From NCBI RefSeq assembly GCF_002075285.3, contig NZ_CP021983.2:2760001-2792000 (forward strand): a DNA stretch of 32,000 nucleotides, in the 5' to 3' direction. This document shows positions 1 to 9,620 of this stretch, piece after piece. A program made the translations under genes and the position numbers. The notes beneath the pieces were generated by a model. The model was not told the origin of the DNA and did not search any database. It saw nothing but the letters and a program-made list of their open reading frames with translations. Source of the DNA: Halomicronema hongdechloris C2206 (GTDB taxonomy: Bacteria > Cyanobacteriota > Cyanobacteriia > Phormidesmidales > Phormidesmidaceae). Position 1 is the first letter of the stretch. Every line of letters starts with the position of its first letter.

Positions 1-266
1 TGCAGCAGTTTCGTGGGGTCCTAGCTAAGAACTCCCAACCCCCGACCCAACCCTTGGACCAAGCTAGCCAGCAGGAACAAGGACAGCAGCTACGGTCTGC
101 TCTGGCCCAACTGCCTGCCACCGAACGAGAGGTGCTGGAAATTGCCTACTTCGAGGGATTAAGCCAATCTCAAATGGCTGCTCGACTCAACCTGCCCCTA
201 GGAACTGTCAAAACCCGTTGCCGCCAGGGACTACGGCGGCTGCGCATGCTATTACACCAAGGGTAA
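1..266 (+). CDS. ECF-type sigma-70 family RNA polymerase sigma factor, 3' fragment (gene begins upstream of the window)
   Basis: The frame of ORF 54..266 stays open back to nt 3, and the listed M at 54 is a TTG. LPATEREVLEIAYFEGLSQSQMAARLNLPLGTVKTRCRQGLRRLR is a canonical sigma-70 region 4.2 helix-turn-helix. An anti-sigma gene follows after 54 nt. Confidence 0.85.
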   Translation, partial: QQFRGVLAKNSQPPTQPLDQASQQEQGQQLRSALAQLPATEREVLEIAYFEGLSQSQMAARLNLPLGTVKTRCRQGLRRLRMLLHQG

Positions 267-320
267 GGGAATGATGCCGAACTATAGTCCACATCTGTTA
301 CGCCCTAGGCGGTATCTGTC

Positions 321-1052
321 ATGACTTCATCTGCCCTTCCTGACAATTGGCAAGACCTCCTAGCGGGATATGTGCTGGGTGATCTAGATGCTGAGGAAAC
401 AGCCCGTGTACAGCATTGGCTGAACCAGTATCCGGAAGTCACAGCGGAGTTAACGGCCCTGCAAGAGACCTGGCACAGCCTTCCCCAAGGTCTCCCTGCC
501 CAAGCACCTCCTGCAACTCTACGGCAGCGAATTATGGCAGAGATTCAGCCCACCGCTACTGCCCCAAGGCAGGAGCGACGGCGTCCCTGGGCAGTAGTAG
601 GCTTCAGCGGCTGGGCGCTGACGGCAGTCGCCCTTGTCAGCGTTGTCGTCGAAAATTATCAACTGCGTCAAGACAACCAGCAACAACAAGCTATCTTGGC
701 CAGCATCAGTCAACCTGAAAACCAGCTGTACTTGCTGGCAGGAACCGACAATGCTCCCGACGCCACGGGTCGCCTCATTATTGACCCCAGCCAACAGTCA
801 GCGCTAATAGCGACCCAGAATCTGCCATCACTACCAACCGATCAGGCCTACCGCCTGTGGACCTTGGCAGGTGACACCGACAACCCCATCTATTGTGGCC
901 AGTTTAATCCTTCTGGTGAGGCAGCTTGGAGTCAGTGGTCCTTGCCAGATCCCGCCTGTCAGACTACTCCAGGTCAGTTTTTAATCACCCAAGAGTCAAC
1001 CCAAGCACCTCCCAACCCCCAGGGCCCTCTAGTCTTGCAGGGGCAATCATAA
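321..1052 (+). CDS. membrane-spanning anti-sigma factor (RskA-like C-terminal domain)
   Basis: Directly downstream of the ECF sigma gene. It has an N-terminal anti-sigma helix pattern (LLAGYVLGDLDAEE...WL) and one central TM segment (WAVVGFSGWALTAVALVSVVV). The C-terminal part carries the YRLWTL motif typical of anti-sigma-K/RskA domains. Confidence 0.7.
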   Translation: MTSSALPDNWQDLLAGYVLGDLDAEETARVQHWLNQYPEVTAELTALQETWHSLPQGLPAQAPPATLRQRIMAEIQPTATAPRQERRRPWAVVGFSGWALTAVALVSVVVENYQLRQDNQQQQAILASISQPENQLYLLAGTDNAPDATGRLIIDPSQQSALIATQNLPSLPTDQAYRLWTLAGDTDNPIYCGQFNPSGEAAWSQWSLPDPACQTTPGQFLITQESTQAPPNPQGPLVLQGQS

Positions 1053-1340
1053 TTGAGTTGGATTGGCTCGGTGGCAACCTCTATCAGTAAAGCGGCGATG
1101 AAGCAATTAGACTTTTTGATTAAGCAAGTATCAAGAAAGCCATACTTAGCAACCCGCCAACCTGACTCAAAGCTAGGCCTGAAGCTCAATTCAGCAATTA
1201 GCATCTGAGTTTCAACTGAGCTTTGAGATATCCACCAGGACATCCAGTTCAGTCCATCGCTCGTATCAACGTGGAAGCTGCCACTCCAGGAACAGCCTGG
1301 GTTGGCAATGCTCCCATTGTTGACACTCAAGCATAGCCCT

Positions 1341-2246
1341 ATGGATTTCCGAACGCCTCTATTAGGCACTGCCGCCGTTGCCGTCGCCACCTTTGCCCCC
1401 GCTCACGCCAACGCCGCTTCCCTATTCAAGGCCGATATCGTACCCCTGAACGAAGCTTTTGGCTCTACTGCCTCAGGATCGGCTCAGATCACCCTAGATC
1501 AGCCCAGCGAGACCCTGCGTACCCTGCGGGTCCAGATCGATGTCACCGGCCTACAAGATCTGAGCGACTTCGGCGGCATTCACGTCGCCCACATCCACGG
1601 CCAATTTAGCGGTAACGCCAGTCGCCCCCTATTCGACCAAGGCAATGGTCCCTTCTTCACCGGAGCAGGGGGAACAGCGGTAGAGTCCGTCCTGCCAACC
1701 CTAGCTGATGACATCGACGGCGACGGATTTCTCAACTTCATTGAAGGCCGGCCAGCCTACGGTCCTGTCGTGCTCAACCTGACCAGCGAACAACTACCGG
1801 CCTCACCTAGCGGCGTGCCTCCCTTGGCTCAATTTCTAGAATTAGCCAGCAACGGCACCATTGATCCAGCGGCTCTATTTCCCGCTGGCGACACCTTTTC
1901 CTTAGATACCACCTACCAATTTGACCTCACCGATCCCGACCAGGCCCGTCAGTTCAACAACCTGACTGCCTTAGACCAACGGGAAATCGTCATTCATGGC
2001 CTTACCGTTCCAGCCAGCATCTCCGATCCCATCGACGACCTAGTAACAGCCAATGGCAGTGGTGCCCCCCTAGGAATTCCCGTAGGAGACGGCCAAGTGT
2101 TTCGAATTACGGCTCCGGTAGCTGCCGGAAACCTACAAGCCGTCGAAGACGAGGCCACCTCAGTACCTGAACCCCTCGCCATGTCTCTTATTGGTGGAGT
2201 TGTCCTGGCAATCGGCCTGAAGACCACCCAGCGCCATACTGTCTGA
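1341..2246 (+). CDS. exported PEP-CTERM sorting-domain protein (possible CHRD-like domain)
   Basis: The ORF 1302..2246 starts at TTG; ATG codons at 1308 and 1341 are more likely starts. Signal peptide is MDFRTPLLGTAAVAVATFAPAHANA. The C-terminus VPEPLAMSLIGGVVLAIGLKTTQR is VPEP + hydrophobic helix + basic tail, i.e. a PEP-CTERM signal. The HVAHIHG motif resembles CHRD domains, from memory only. Confidence 0.7.
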   Translation: MDFRTPLLGTAAVAVATFAPAHANAASLFKADIVPLNEAFGSTASGSAQITLDQPSETLRTLRVQIDVTGLQDLSDFGGIHVAHIHGQFSGNASRPLFDQGNGPFFTGAGGTAVESVLPTLADDIDGDGFLNFIEGRPAYGPVVLNLTSEQLPASPSGVPPLAQFLELASNGTIDPAALFPAGDTFSLDTTYQFDLTDPDQARQFNNLTALDQREIVIHGLTVPASISDPIDDLVTANGSGAPLGIPVGDGQVFRITAPVAAGNLQAVEDEATSVPEPLAMSLIGGVVLAIGLKTTQRHTV

Positions 2247-2530
2247 ATCGGAGGAGATGGCTCGAGGTAGTCAACCTACTTAGACTGACGATGGTTTAAC
2301 GTGCTATCGCGGCCTTAGATGCCATGGAGACAGCAACTGCCTAGCCAGATCGTCGGTCCTGATCAGGCAACCGGCATCACTAGCCAGATGCTGACTTGAT
2401 CTAGATCACAGTTCAGTCGTTTCTAAATCACCAGTCCACCGCGAAAAAATCACTGGCCATGGGGGGAGTCATCACTGGAATAATCTGGATTGCCGTTGAT
2501 AGTAATACTGTCAACGTTTTTCCCACCGCC

Positions 2531-2983
2531 ATGAACTGCCCAGCTGCCCCCCAAACTCCCTCCCTCTTCTCGACAGCGCTGCTACTCACCGTGAGCTTGG
2601 CTAGCATGGCTCCGGCCCATGTGGCCGCCAGCGCTACCCTGGCGGATGGGCGTTACCTCTATGGTCAAGTTCCTGAAGCTAACCGCGATGACACCACCTA
2701 CATGGTGTTTGAGCTACAGGACGGCAAGATGGTGGGTGCCTTTTATCAGCCCCGATCTTCCTTTGATTGCTTTCAGGGGCAGATCCAAGCCGATACTATG
2801 GCGCTGACTGTCATCGATAGTTACGACCAAACCGCATTCAATTATGAAGTTGCTCTGCAAGACCGCAGCACCCTTGTTGCCGGTGTTGCCGGGACAGCAG
2901 CCAATCCAGTTGGCTATCATCGCATTTCATCTCTGAGCGAGCTAGATCACCGGCTTCTAGATACTTGCCAGGCTAACCAGTAG
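2531..2983 (+). CDS. hypothetical exported protein
   Basis: ORF 2459..2983; the ATG at 2531 gives a plausible signal peptide (MNCPAAPQTPSLFSTALLLTVSLASMAPAHVAA). Coding-like composition, and a hairpin terminator follows. No recognisable domain. Confidence 0.55.
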   Translation: MNCPAAPQTPSLFSTALLLTVSLASMAPAHVAASATLADGRYLYGQVPEANRDDTTYMVFELQDGKMVGAFYQPRSSFDCFQGQIQADTMALTVIDSYDQTAFNYEVALQDRSTLVAGVAGTAANPVGYHRISSLSELDHRLLDTCQANQ

Positions 2984-3058
2984 CGCCCGAATCTGGGAAG
3001 CTAAACACACCAGCCGTCCAAGCAATTTCATCCTCCCCTGCTGGTCAGCAGCCAATAG

Positions 3059-3098
3059 GCACGGTCAGACTATCTTTAGAGTCGACCGTGCTTTGTCC
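3059..3098 (+). terminator. candidate intrinsic terminator
   Basis: 8-bp stem gcacggtc (3059-3066) / gaccgtgc (3084-3091), followed by the T-rich tttgtcctattatttg, about 75 nt after the stop at 2983. Confidence 0.5.
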
Positions 3099-3178
3099 TA
3101 TTATTTGTCCTATTAATAGAATCAACCGCCAAGCCCAGGAAGCCGACTAGCTCACCGCTATGCAACCCTGTATTCCGG

Positions 3179-3481
3179 CTAAGCGGATGTGGGTGTCTCT
3201 GCCTCAGTGGCCAGCCCAGTCGCCTCAGTATTGTTGATGGGCTCAAGGTGGTGACCTAGCACCTGCACTCCTCGGCAGAAGACTCCGAGCTTAGGATGCA
3301 GTTCAAAGGCGGGATCGCGATCTTGGCCCCACTCCGCTTCCGTATAGATTTTGTACCCTTCTCCCCCTGGCACCAAGGCGACAGGCAACCGGCGACGACG
3401 AGATACAAGGGTATGAGTCGGATTGAACATCTGTAAGCTCTCCACAGTCAAGACAGCAAACTCAGTCGGAATCAGTCGCAT
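3179..3481 (-). CDS. hypothetical protein (100 aa)
   Basis: Clean ORF with typical codon usage, divergent from the clpC-like gene. I do not recognise the family. Confidence 0.5.
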   Translation of the reverse strand: MRLIPTEFAVLTVESLQMFNPTHTLVSRRRRLPVALVPGGEGYKIYTEAEWGQDRDPAFELHPKLGVFCRGVQVLGHHLEPINNTEATGLATEAETPTSA

Positions 3482-3962
3482 GACGTTCCTGAGCGACTGT
3501 CCCGATGTGTGTTAATAAAATCCATCCAAGGCCGAACCAGGGCGGCTTAGCTGGGAAATTCCAGATTGGGAGCTGGACTTGGTATCTACCGTAGCAAATA
3601 CTGTTAAATTATGTAAACGTCTCTCAGGATGGATCGTTACATACAGGGTGAAGCTGAGACGGGGTTTAGCCAGCAGTCTCAACGACCCTACCCTTTGGCT
3701 ACGGTTCTCCCCACTGATAACTTGTGTTGATTGTTCTTAAAGTAGTCGTACACACTACGTACATTACGTACATGTAGTCACACAAGCTAGATGACGTTAT
3801 CACAGATAGGAGCGCTTTGAACCGGTCTTCGCTAGACCTTCTTCGACTTTCTGGGGAAACGCTCAGGGTTTTAAGCTAGGTGTAGTGAGCACCTTATCTA
3901 CACAGCACCGCCCTGTATCGTCAGCTCCAAGCATCCAGGCACCTTGGTAACGAGTACCTATC

Positions 3963-6431
3963 ATGTTTGAACACTTCACCAACACCGCCATTGCCGTAAT
4001 CATGCAAGCCCAGGAGGAAGCCCGGCGCCTGCGGCACAATTTTGTTGGTACAGAGCAGCTACTGCTCGGCATCTTGAAGGAAGGCACCAGTCTCTCTGCC
4101 AAAGTTCTGGCAGATTTCGGGGTTAACCTGTCTGACGCCCGCACAGAGGTAGAAGCTATCATTGGCCGCGGTAGCGGGGGCACATCGGCTGAAATCCCGT
4201 TTACTCCCAAGGTCAAGCATATCTTCGAGCAGGCCTTCCAGGAGGCTAGAAAGCTGGATTCAGCCTACATTGAGCCCGAACACCTGCTACTGAGCTTGAC
4301 CCAAAGTCAAGAAAGCGTAGCTTATCGAGTCCTCAGTAACTTGGGCGTAGATCCAGCTAAAGTCCGCACTCGCATCATTCGAGAGTCTGGGGAAGCCGCT
4401 GCTGTGCCGGTGGGCGGTTCAGAGGAGAGTCGCCGCCGCAGCGATCGCAGCAACTCTGGTCGCGTATTGCGGGAATTCGGCACCGATTTGACGGAGATGG
4501 CGGCCCAAGGGCAATTAGATCCGGTCGTGGGTCGGCAAACGGAAATCGAACGGGTTGTCCAGATTCTGGGGCGACGCACGAAGAATAACCCGGTGCTAGT
4601 GGGAGAACCCGGGGTTGGTAAGACGGCCATTGCTGAAGGCTTAGCCCAGCGCATCGTCAATCAAGACGTGCCCGAAGCCTTGTTGAACAAGCGGGTGATC
4701 GCCCTGGATATGGGTCTATTGGTGGCAGGAACGCGCTTTCGTGGCGATTTCGAGGAACGCCTGAATCAGATTCTGACGGAAGTGCGAGAGGACCCCAGCT
4801 ATGTCCTGGTTATCGACGAGGTTCATACCCTAGTGGGAGCTGGCTCCTTGGAAGGAGGCATGGACGCTGCCAATCTGCTGAAACCGGCTCTGGCTCGGGG
4901 TGAGTTACAGTGCATCGGGGCAACCACCTTAGACGAGTTCCGCCAGCACATCGAACGGGATGCGGCTCTAGAGCGTCGCTTCCAATCGGTGATGGTGAAT
5001 CCACCGACGGTGCCGGAAACGATCGAGATTTTGACCGGCCTGCGCAGCCGCTATGAGCAGTTTCACCACATTGCCTTTACTGATGAGGCCCTGGAAGCGG
5101 CAGCGAAGTTGTCAGATCGCTACATCAGTGACCGCTTTCTGCCCGATAAGGCCATCGATCTAATTGATGAAGCTGGGTCGCGGGTGAAGTTGCGCCATGT
5201 GCCCAACTATCCCTCCCGAGAAGTCAAGCAGGAACTGCGCCAGATTAAGCAAGAGCTGGTGGACGCGGTGCAAAGCCAAGAGTTTTCTCGAGCCCAGGAA
5301 TTACGCGATCGCAAACAGAATCTACAGCAAGAGCTGGCTGACGACAATGGGCAAGTCACCCTGACCATGCCAGAGGTCACAGATGAAGACATTGCCGAAA
5401 TCGTCGCCTCCTGGACCGGCATTCCTGTCAACCGCATGACTGAGTCGGAAGCGGCCCGCATGCTGCACCTAGAAGATGTCTTACACGAGCGGGTGATCGG
5501 TCAACAGGAAGCCGTCAGTGCCGTGGCTCGTTCCGTGCGCCGCTCTCGAGTTGGCTTGGCTAGTCCTAACCGGCCCATTGCCGGACTGATCTTCTCGGGA
5601 CCTACCGGCGTCGGTAAGACAGAGCTCGCTAAGGCCCTGGCCGTCGCTATCTTCGGCTCAGAGGAAGCCATGACTCGGCTAGATATGTCTGAGTTCATGG
5701 AAGGCCACACGGTCTCTAAGCTAATTGGCTCGCCGCCGGGATTTGTCGGCTACGAAGAGGGCGGGCAACTGACCGAGGCCGTACGGCGACAGCCCTACAC
5801 CGTGATCTTGATGGATGAGATCGAAAAGGCCCATCCCGAGGTCTTCAACATGCTGCTGCAGGTGCTGGAAGACGGTCGTCTCACCGATGGCAAAGGCCGC
5901 GTGGTCAGCTTCAAGAATACCTTGCTGATCATGACCTCCAACATTGGCTCGCGAGTCATCGAGAAGGGCGGCGACAGCTTGGGCTTCGACCTTGCTCCCA
6001 GTGACGATGAAGCGACCAATCGGTACCACAACATTCGCAACATGGTCAACGAAGAGATGAAGCAGTACTTCCGGCCAGAGTTGCTCAACCGTATCGATGA
6101 GATCATCGTCTTCCGTCAACTCACCCAGGATGAAGTCAGCCAGGTGGCGGATCTAATGTTAGAGGAAGTCTCCCAGCGGCTGGCCGAGCGGGAAATTCAA
6201 CTGCGCCTTAGCCCTGCCTTCCGCCAGCGCTTGAACCAGGAAGGTTATGACCAACGCTATGGGGCTCGTCCCATGCGCCGGGCCATTGCCCGCTTAGTGG
6301 AAGATACCCTGGCGGAAGCGATCCTGGCGGGTAAACTGCAGGCTGGTGACACCGCTGTGCTGGATATCCAGGACGGTGACCCGGTGGCCTATGCCGAGCG
6401 TCAACTGGCCTTAGCCGGAGTCAGACAGTAG
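3963..6431 (+). CDS. clpC: ATP-dependent Clp protease ATP-binding subunit, ClpC-type AAA+ chaperone (divergent N-domain)
   Basis: 822 aa. Clp repeat N-domain ([34 protein letters not shown]) and two Walker A motifs ([18 protein letters not shown]). UVR-like middle segment ([28 protein letters not shown]). The LGF tripeptide in [12 protein letters not shown] is the ClpP-docking loop. Confidence 0.85.
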   Translation: MFEHFTNTAIAVIMQAQEEARRLRHNFVGTEQLLLGILKEGTSLSAKVLADFGVNLSDARTEVEAIIGRGSGGTSAEIPFTPKVKHIFEQAFQEARKLDSAYIEPEHLLLSLTQSQESVAYRVLSNLGVDPAKVRTRIIRESGEAAAVPVGGSEESRRRSDRSNSGRVLREFGTDLTEMAAQGQLDPVVGRQTEIERVVQILGRRTKNNPVLVGEPGVGKTAIAEGLAQRIVNQDVPEALLNKRVIALDMGLLVAGTRFRGDFEERLNQILTEVREDPSYVLVIDEVHTLVGAGSLEGGMDAANLLKPALARGELQCIGATTLDEFRQHIERDAALERRFQSVMVNPPTVPETIEILTGLRSRYEQFHHIAFTDEALEAAAKLSDRYISDRFLPDKAIDLIDEAGSRVKLRHVPNYPSREVKQELRQIKQELVDAVQSQEFSRAQELRDRKQNLQQELADDNGQVTLTMPEVTDEDIAEIVASWTGIPVNRMTESEAARMLHLEDVLHERVIGQQEAVSAVARSVRRSRVGLASPNRPIAGLIFSGPTGVGKTELAKALAVAIFGSEEAMTRLDMSEFMEGHTVSKLIGSPPGFVGYEEGGQLTEAVRRQPYTVILMDEIEKAHPEVFNMLLQVLEDGRLTDGKGRVVSFKNTLLIMTSNIGSRVIEKGGDSLGFDLAPSDDEATNRYHNIRNMVNEEMKQYFRPELLNRIDEIIVFRQLTQDEVSQVADLMLEEVSQRLAEREIQLRLSPAFRQRLNQEGYDQRYGARPMRRAIARLVEDTLAEAILAGKLQAGDTAVLDIQDGDPVAYAERQLALAGVRQ

Positions 6432-6528
6432 GAGCCAGCGCCCCCTATTTCCATTGCCCCCCTAAATTTATTAAGCTGATCAGCATTCTGTCAGAAGCAG
6501 ATTGTTGAGTCAGAGCAACAGGTAGGCG

Positions 6529-8346
6529 ATGGCGCGGATCGTGCAGAAGTACGGCGGCACCTCAGTGGGGTCGGTGGAGCGAATTCAGGCGGTGGCCCGT
6601 CGAGTCCAGCAGACAGCAGCGGCGGGCCATGCGGTGGTGGTAGTGGTCTCGGCGATGGGAAAGACCACCGATGGCTTGGTGAAGTTAGCCAGCGACATCA
6701 CCCAGAGGCCGAATCGCCGAGAGCTGGACATGTTGCTATCTACCGGGGAGCAGGTGTCGATTGCCCTATTAAGCATGGCGCTGCATGAACTGGGGCAAGA
6801 TGCCATTTCGCTGACCGGGGCTCAGGTGGGCATTGTCACTGAGGCAGCCCATACCCAGGCGCGCATTCTCAATATCAAGACTGAGCGCCTGGAACGCCAC
6901 CTCCAAGATGGCAAGGTGGTGGTGGTGGCAGGCTTTCAAGGCATTAGCCAGAGCCATGATTTGGAAATCACTACCTTGGGTCGCGGTGGCTCTGATACCT
7001 CGGCCGTAGCCTTGGCGGCGGCACTGCAGGCCGATTGTTGTGAGATTTACACCGATGTCCCTGGCATCTTAACCACCGATCCGCGCTTGGTGTCACAGGC
7101 CCAGCTAATGGCAGAAATTACCTGCGACGAAATGCTGGAACTGGCCAGCCTGGGGGCAAAAGTACTGCACCCGCGGGCGGTGGAAATTGCTCGCAATTAT
7201 GGCATTACTTTGGTAGTGCGCTCTAGCTGGAGCGATGCACCAGGCACCCGGGTGATTGCGCCTACTCCCCAGCCTCGGTCCTTAGAAGACTTAGAAATTG
7301 CCCACCCAGTAGATGCGGTGGAATTCGATACGGAACAGGCGAAGGTGGCGTTGCTGCGCATTCCCGATCGGCCTGGCATCGCCAGCCGCCTGTTTGGGGA
7401 ATTGGCCCAGCAGTCCCTAAATGTAGACCTGATCATTCAGTCGATCCATGAGGGCAATACCAACGATATTGCCTTTACGGTGATGCGATCGCATCTGAAT
7501 CGAGCCACTGCCGTTGCCGATGCCATTGCCCCAGCCCTGCGCCACGATATTGCCGACACCAACCAGGCCGAAGTCACTGTGAGCAAGCACATGGCCAAAG
7601 TCAGCATCGCTGGAGCTGGTATGATTGGACGCCCAGGAGTGGCCGCCCAGATGTTCTCCACCCTGGCCCAGGTTGGGGTCAACATTCAGTTAATTTCCAC
7701 CTCAGAGGTCAAAGTCAGCTGCACCATCGATATCGCCGATTGCGATCGGGCCATCGCCACCCTCTGTGAGGCCTTTGGCGTCACCCGCTCCCCTGCCCGC
7801 CTGGGCAGCGAAATGGCCGCCGACTCCACCGAAGTTACCCCTGTGGTGCGGGGGGCAGCCCTCGACCGCAACCAAGCCCGCCTAGCCGTGCGCCATGTCC
7901 CCGATCGACCCGGGGCGGCCGCTTACATCTTCCAGTGCCTGGCCGATGCCGGCGTCAGCGTCGATATGATCATCCAGTCCCAGCGTTGCCGTCTAGTCAA
8001 TAGCCTAGCCACCCGCGACATCGCCTTCACCGTCACCCAGGGGGATATGGATACGGCTCAGACTATTCTGAGCGAAGCCGCTGCCACCCTGGGCTATGGC
8101 GACATCGTCGTTGACCCAGCCATTGCCAAAGTCAGCGTCGTCGGCATCGGCATGATCCATGCCCCTGGGGTGGCCGCCCGCATGTTTCAGGCCCTGGCAG
8201 AACACGGCATCAACATCCAGATGATCGCCACCTCCGAGATTAAAATCAGCTGCGTCGTTAGCCAGGATAATGGTGTCAAGGCCCTGCAGGCAGTCCACGC
8301 TGCCTTTAATTTGGCCGGTACCGAGCCCGTGATTGTTCCGGCTTAG
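6529..8346 (+). CDS. lysC: aspartate kinase with duplicated ACT regulatory region (cyanobacterial long form)
   Basis: N-terminal [11 protein letters not shown] kinase signature. The 605 aa length and two successive ACT-pair regions ([17 protein letters not shown]..., [17 protein letters not shown]...) match the long form. Confidence 0.9.
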   Translation: MARIVQKYGGTSVGSVERIQAVARRVQQTAAAGHAVVVVVSAMGKTTDGLVKLASDITQRPNRRELDMLLSTGEQVSIALLSMALHELGQDAISLTGAQVGIVTEAAHTQARILNIKTERLERHLQDGKVVVVAGFQGISQSHDLEITTLGRGGSDTSAVALAAALQADCCEIYTDVPGILTTDPRLVSQAQLMAEITCDEMLELASLGAKVLHPRAVEIARNYGITLVVRSSWSDAPGTRVIAPTPQPRSLEDLEIAHPVDAVEFDTEQAKVALLRIPDRPGIASRLFGELAQQSLNVDLIIQSIHEGNTNDIAFTVMRSHLNRATAVADAIAPALRHDIADTNQAEVTVSKHMAKVSIAGAGMIGRPGVAAQMFSTLAQVGVNIQLISTSEVKVSCTIDIADCDRAIATLCEAFGVTRSPARLGSEMAADSTEVTPVVRGAALDRNQARLAVRHVPDRPGAAAYIFQCLADAGVSVDMIIQSQRCRLVNSLATRDIAFTVTQGDMDTAQTILSEAAATLGYGDIVVDPAIAKVSVVGIGMIHAPGVAARMFQALAEHGINIQMIATSEIKISCVVSQDNGVKALQAVHAAFNLAGTEPVIVPA

Positions 8347-8359
8347 CAATAGAGAGGCT

Positions 8360-8485
8360 ATGGACGATTTCGCAGTCATCGATCTGGGCTATCAGCCGGG
8401 AGATCATCCTGCCAATCGGGTGTTTCGGCGAGTGGTGGCGTTTTTGCAAGCGCAATGTTCTGAAATCAAATCCAGTCCTAGCTGA
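8360..8485 (+). CDS. candidate small ORF (41 aa), unknown function
   Basis: ATG at 8360 preceded by gagagg (8352-8357), and codon usage resembles the neighbours. It is below the ORF-track length cutoff. No family recognised. Confidence 0.25.
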   Translation: MDDFAVIDLGYQPGDHPANRVFRRVVAFLQAQCSEIKSSPS

Positions 8486-8499
8486 CTGCCAGGAGCAGC

Positions 8500-9442
8500 A
8501 TGAATTATCCCACCGACTCACTCCGCATCGTCTCGCTGATTCCCAGTGCCACCGAAATCGTCGCCAGCTTGGGCCTCAGCGATGCCCTCGTGGGCCGCTC
8601 CCACGAATGCGACTACCCTGAAGCGATTCAGGATCGGCCTATCTGTACTGAACCTAAATTTAATCCTGAGGGTGACAGTGCCACTATCCATGATCGGGTG
8701 ACGACGCTGTTGTCATATCGGCCCTCAGTGTCTATCGCGTCAAAACGAGGTCCTGGAAACTCTACAGCCCACCCATATCCTGACCCAGGCCCAATGCGAT
8801 GTCTGCGCCGTCAGTCTGGCAGAGGTGGAGGCGGCGGTGGCTACCCTGACGGCGGGGCACCCTCAGATCATCTCCCTGCAGCCCAGTACCTTGGAGCAGG
8901 TCTGGCAAGATATTCGCCGAGTCGGTCAGCAGCTTGTCGGGCCTGAGAATCAGGTCCAGACTGAGGCCGTGATCACCACCTTGGACAAGCGCATCGACCA
9001 TTGCCGTCAACAGTTGACCGATCTAGCTAGTCGGCCCCGGGTAGTCTGCATCGAGTGGACCGACCCCCTGATGGCGGCAGGAAATTGGGTGCCAGAATTG
9101 GTTGCCCTAGCGGGGGGTGAACCCCATCTAGCAGAGCCAGGGCACCATTCCCCCTGGTTAGACTGGCAGCAGGTGCTCGCCGTCGACCCGGAAGTGATTG
9201 TGGTCATGCCCTGTGGATATGACCTAGAGCAGACCTTGGAGGCTGCCCAGGCCCTGAAGGCCCTACCTCGGTGGGCCCATCTGACAGCTGTGAAAACGGA
9301 TCGGGTCTATGGCGTCGATGGTAATCAGTATTTCAACCGCCCTGGCCCTCGCCTGGTGGATTCCCTAGAGATGCTGGCAGAGCTGTGTCATCCGGAGCGC
9401 TGCCAGTACGGCTATGAAGGCCAAGGCTGGCGGCGAATTTAA
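8500..9442 (+). pseudogene. BtuF-like cobalamin-binding / periplasmic-binding-protein type 2 family gene, interrupted by two 1-nt deletions (possibly an assembly artefact)
   Basis: The N-terminal part runs in frame 1 (MNYPTDSLRIVSLIPSATEIVASLGL...HDRVTTLLSY). ALSVYRVK follows in frame 0 from 8721. VLETLQPTHILTQAQCDVCAVSLAEVEAAVATL...GNQYFNRPGPRLVDSLE follows in frame 2 from 8750. 943 nt + 2 = 945 nt = 314 codons + stop. Confidence 0.8.
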
Positions 9443-9620
9443 TCGTATCGATTCTCTGAATTACAGCTACCAATGTTGCTCCCCTGCCAATCAATCCCCT
9501 GCCAATCAATCATATGTGGCTTTTTCTATGGGAACTGGCATGAGGACAACGCTAATGGTTGACATACGCTTCGTCAGGGCACCTTGATTCTGCTTTTTGC
9601 CTTCTGATTTCTGCCTTTTG

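Noticed and set aside
974-1390. 138-aa minus-strand ORF spanning the anti-sigma 3' end and the PEP-CTERM gene 5' end
   Set aside because: It overlaps two well-supported plus-strand genes and has no recognisable features.
4322-6119. Multiple antisense ORFs inside clpC (4322..4660, 5207..5461, 5501..5710, 5721..6119, 5795..6106), with similar sets inside lysC, mutL, the GTPase gene and the copper ATPase gene
   Set aside because: These are typical shadow ORFs of GC-rich coding DNA. Their compositions are Arg/Ser/Pro-rich, and each is fully contained in a gene with strong homology signatures.
8700-8760. Programmed ribosomal frameshifting in the BtuF-like gene
   Set aside because: Two successive same-direction shifts within 30 nt have no slippery heptamer or downstream structure. 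The same kind of indel, in or next to a homopolymer run, hits unrelated genes in the window, so error or mutation is the simpler explanation.
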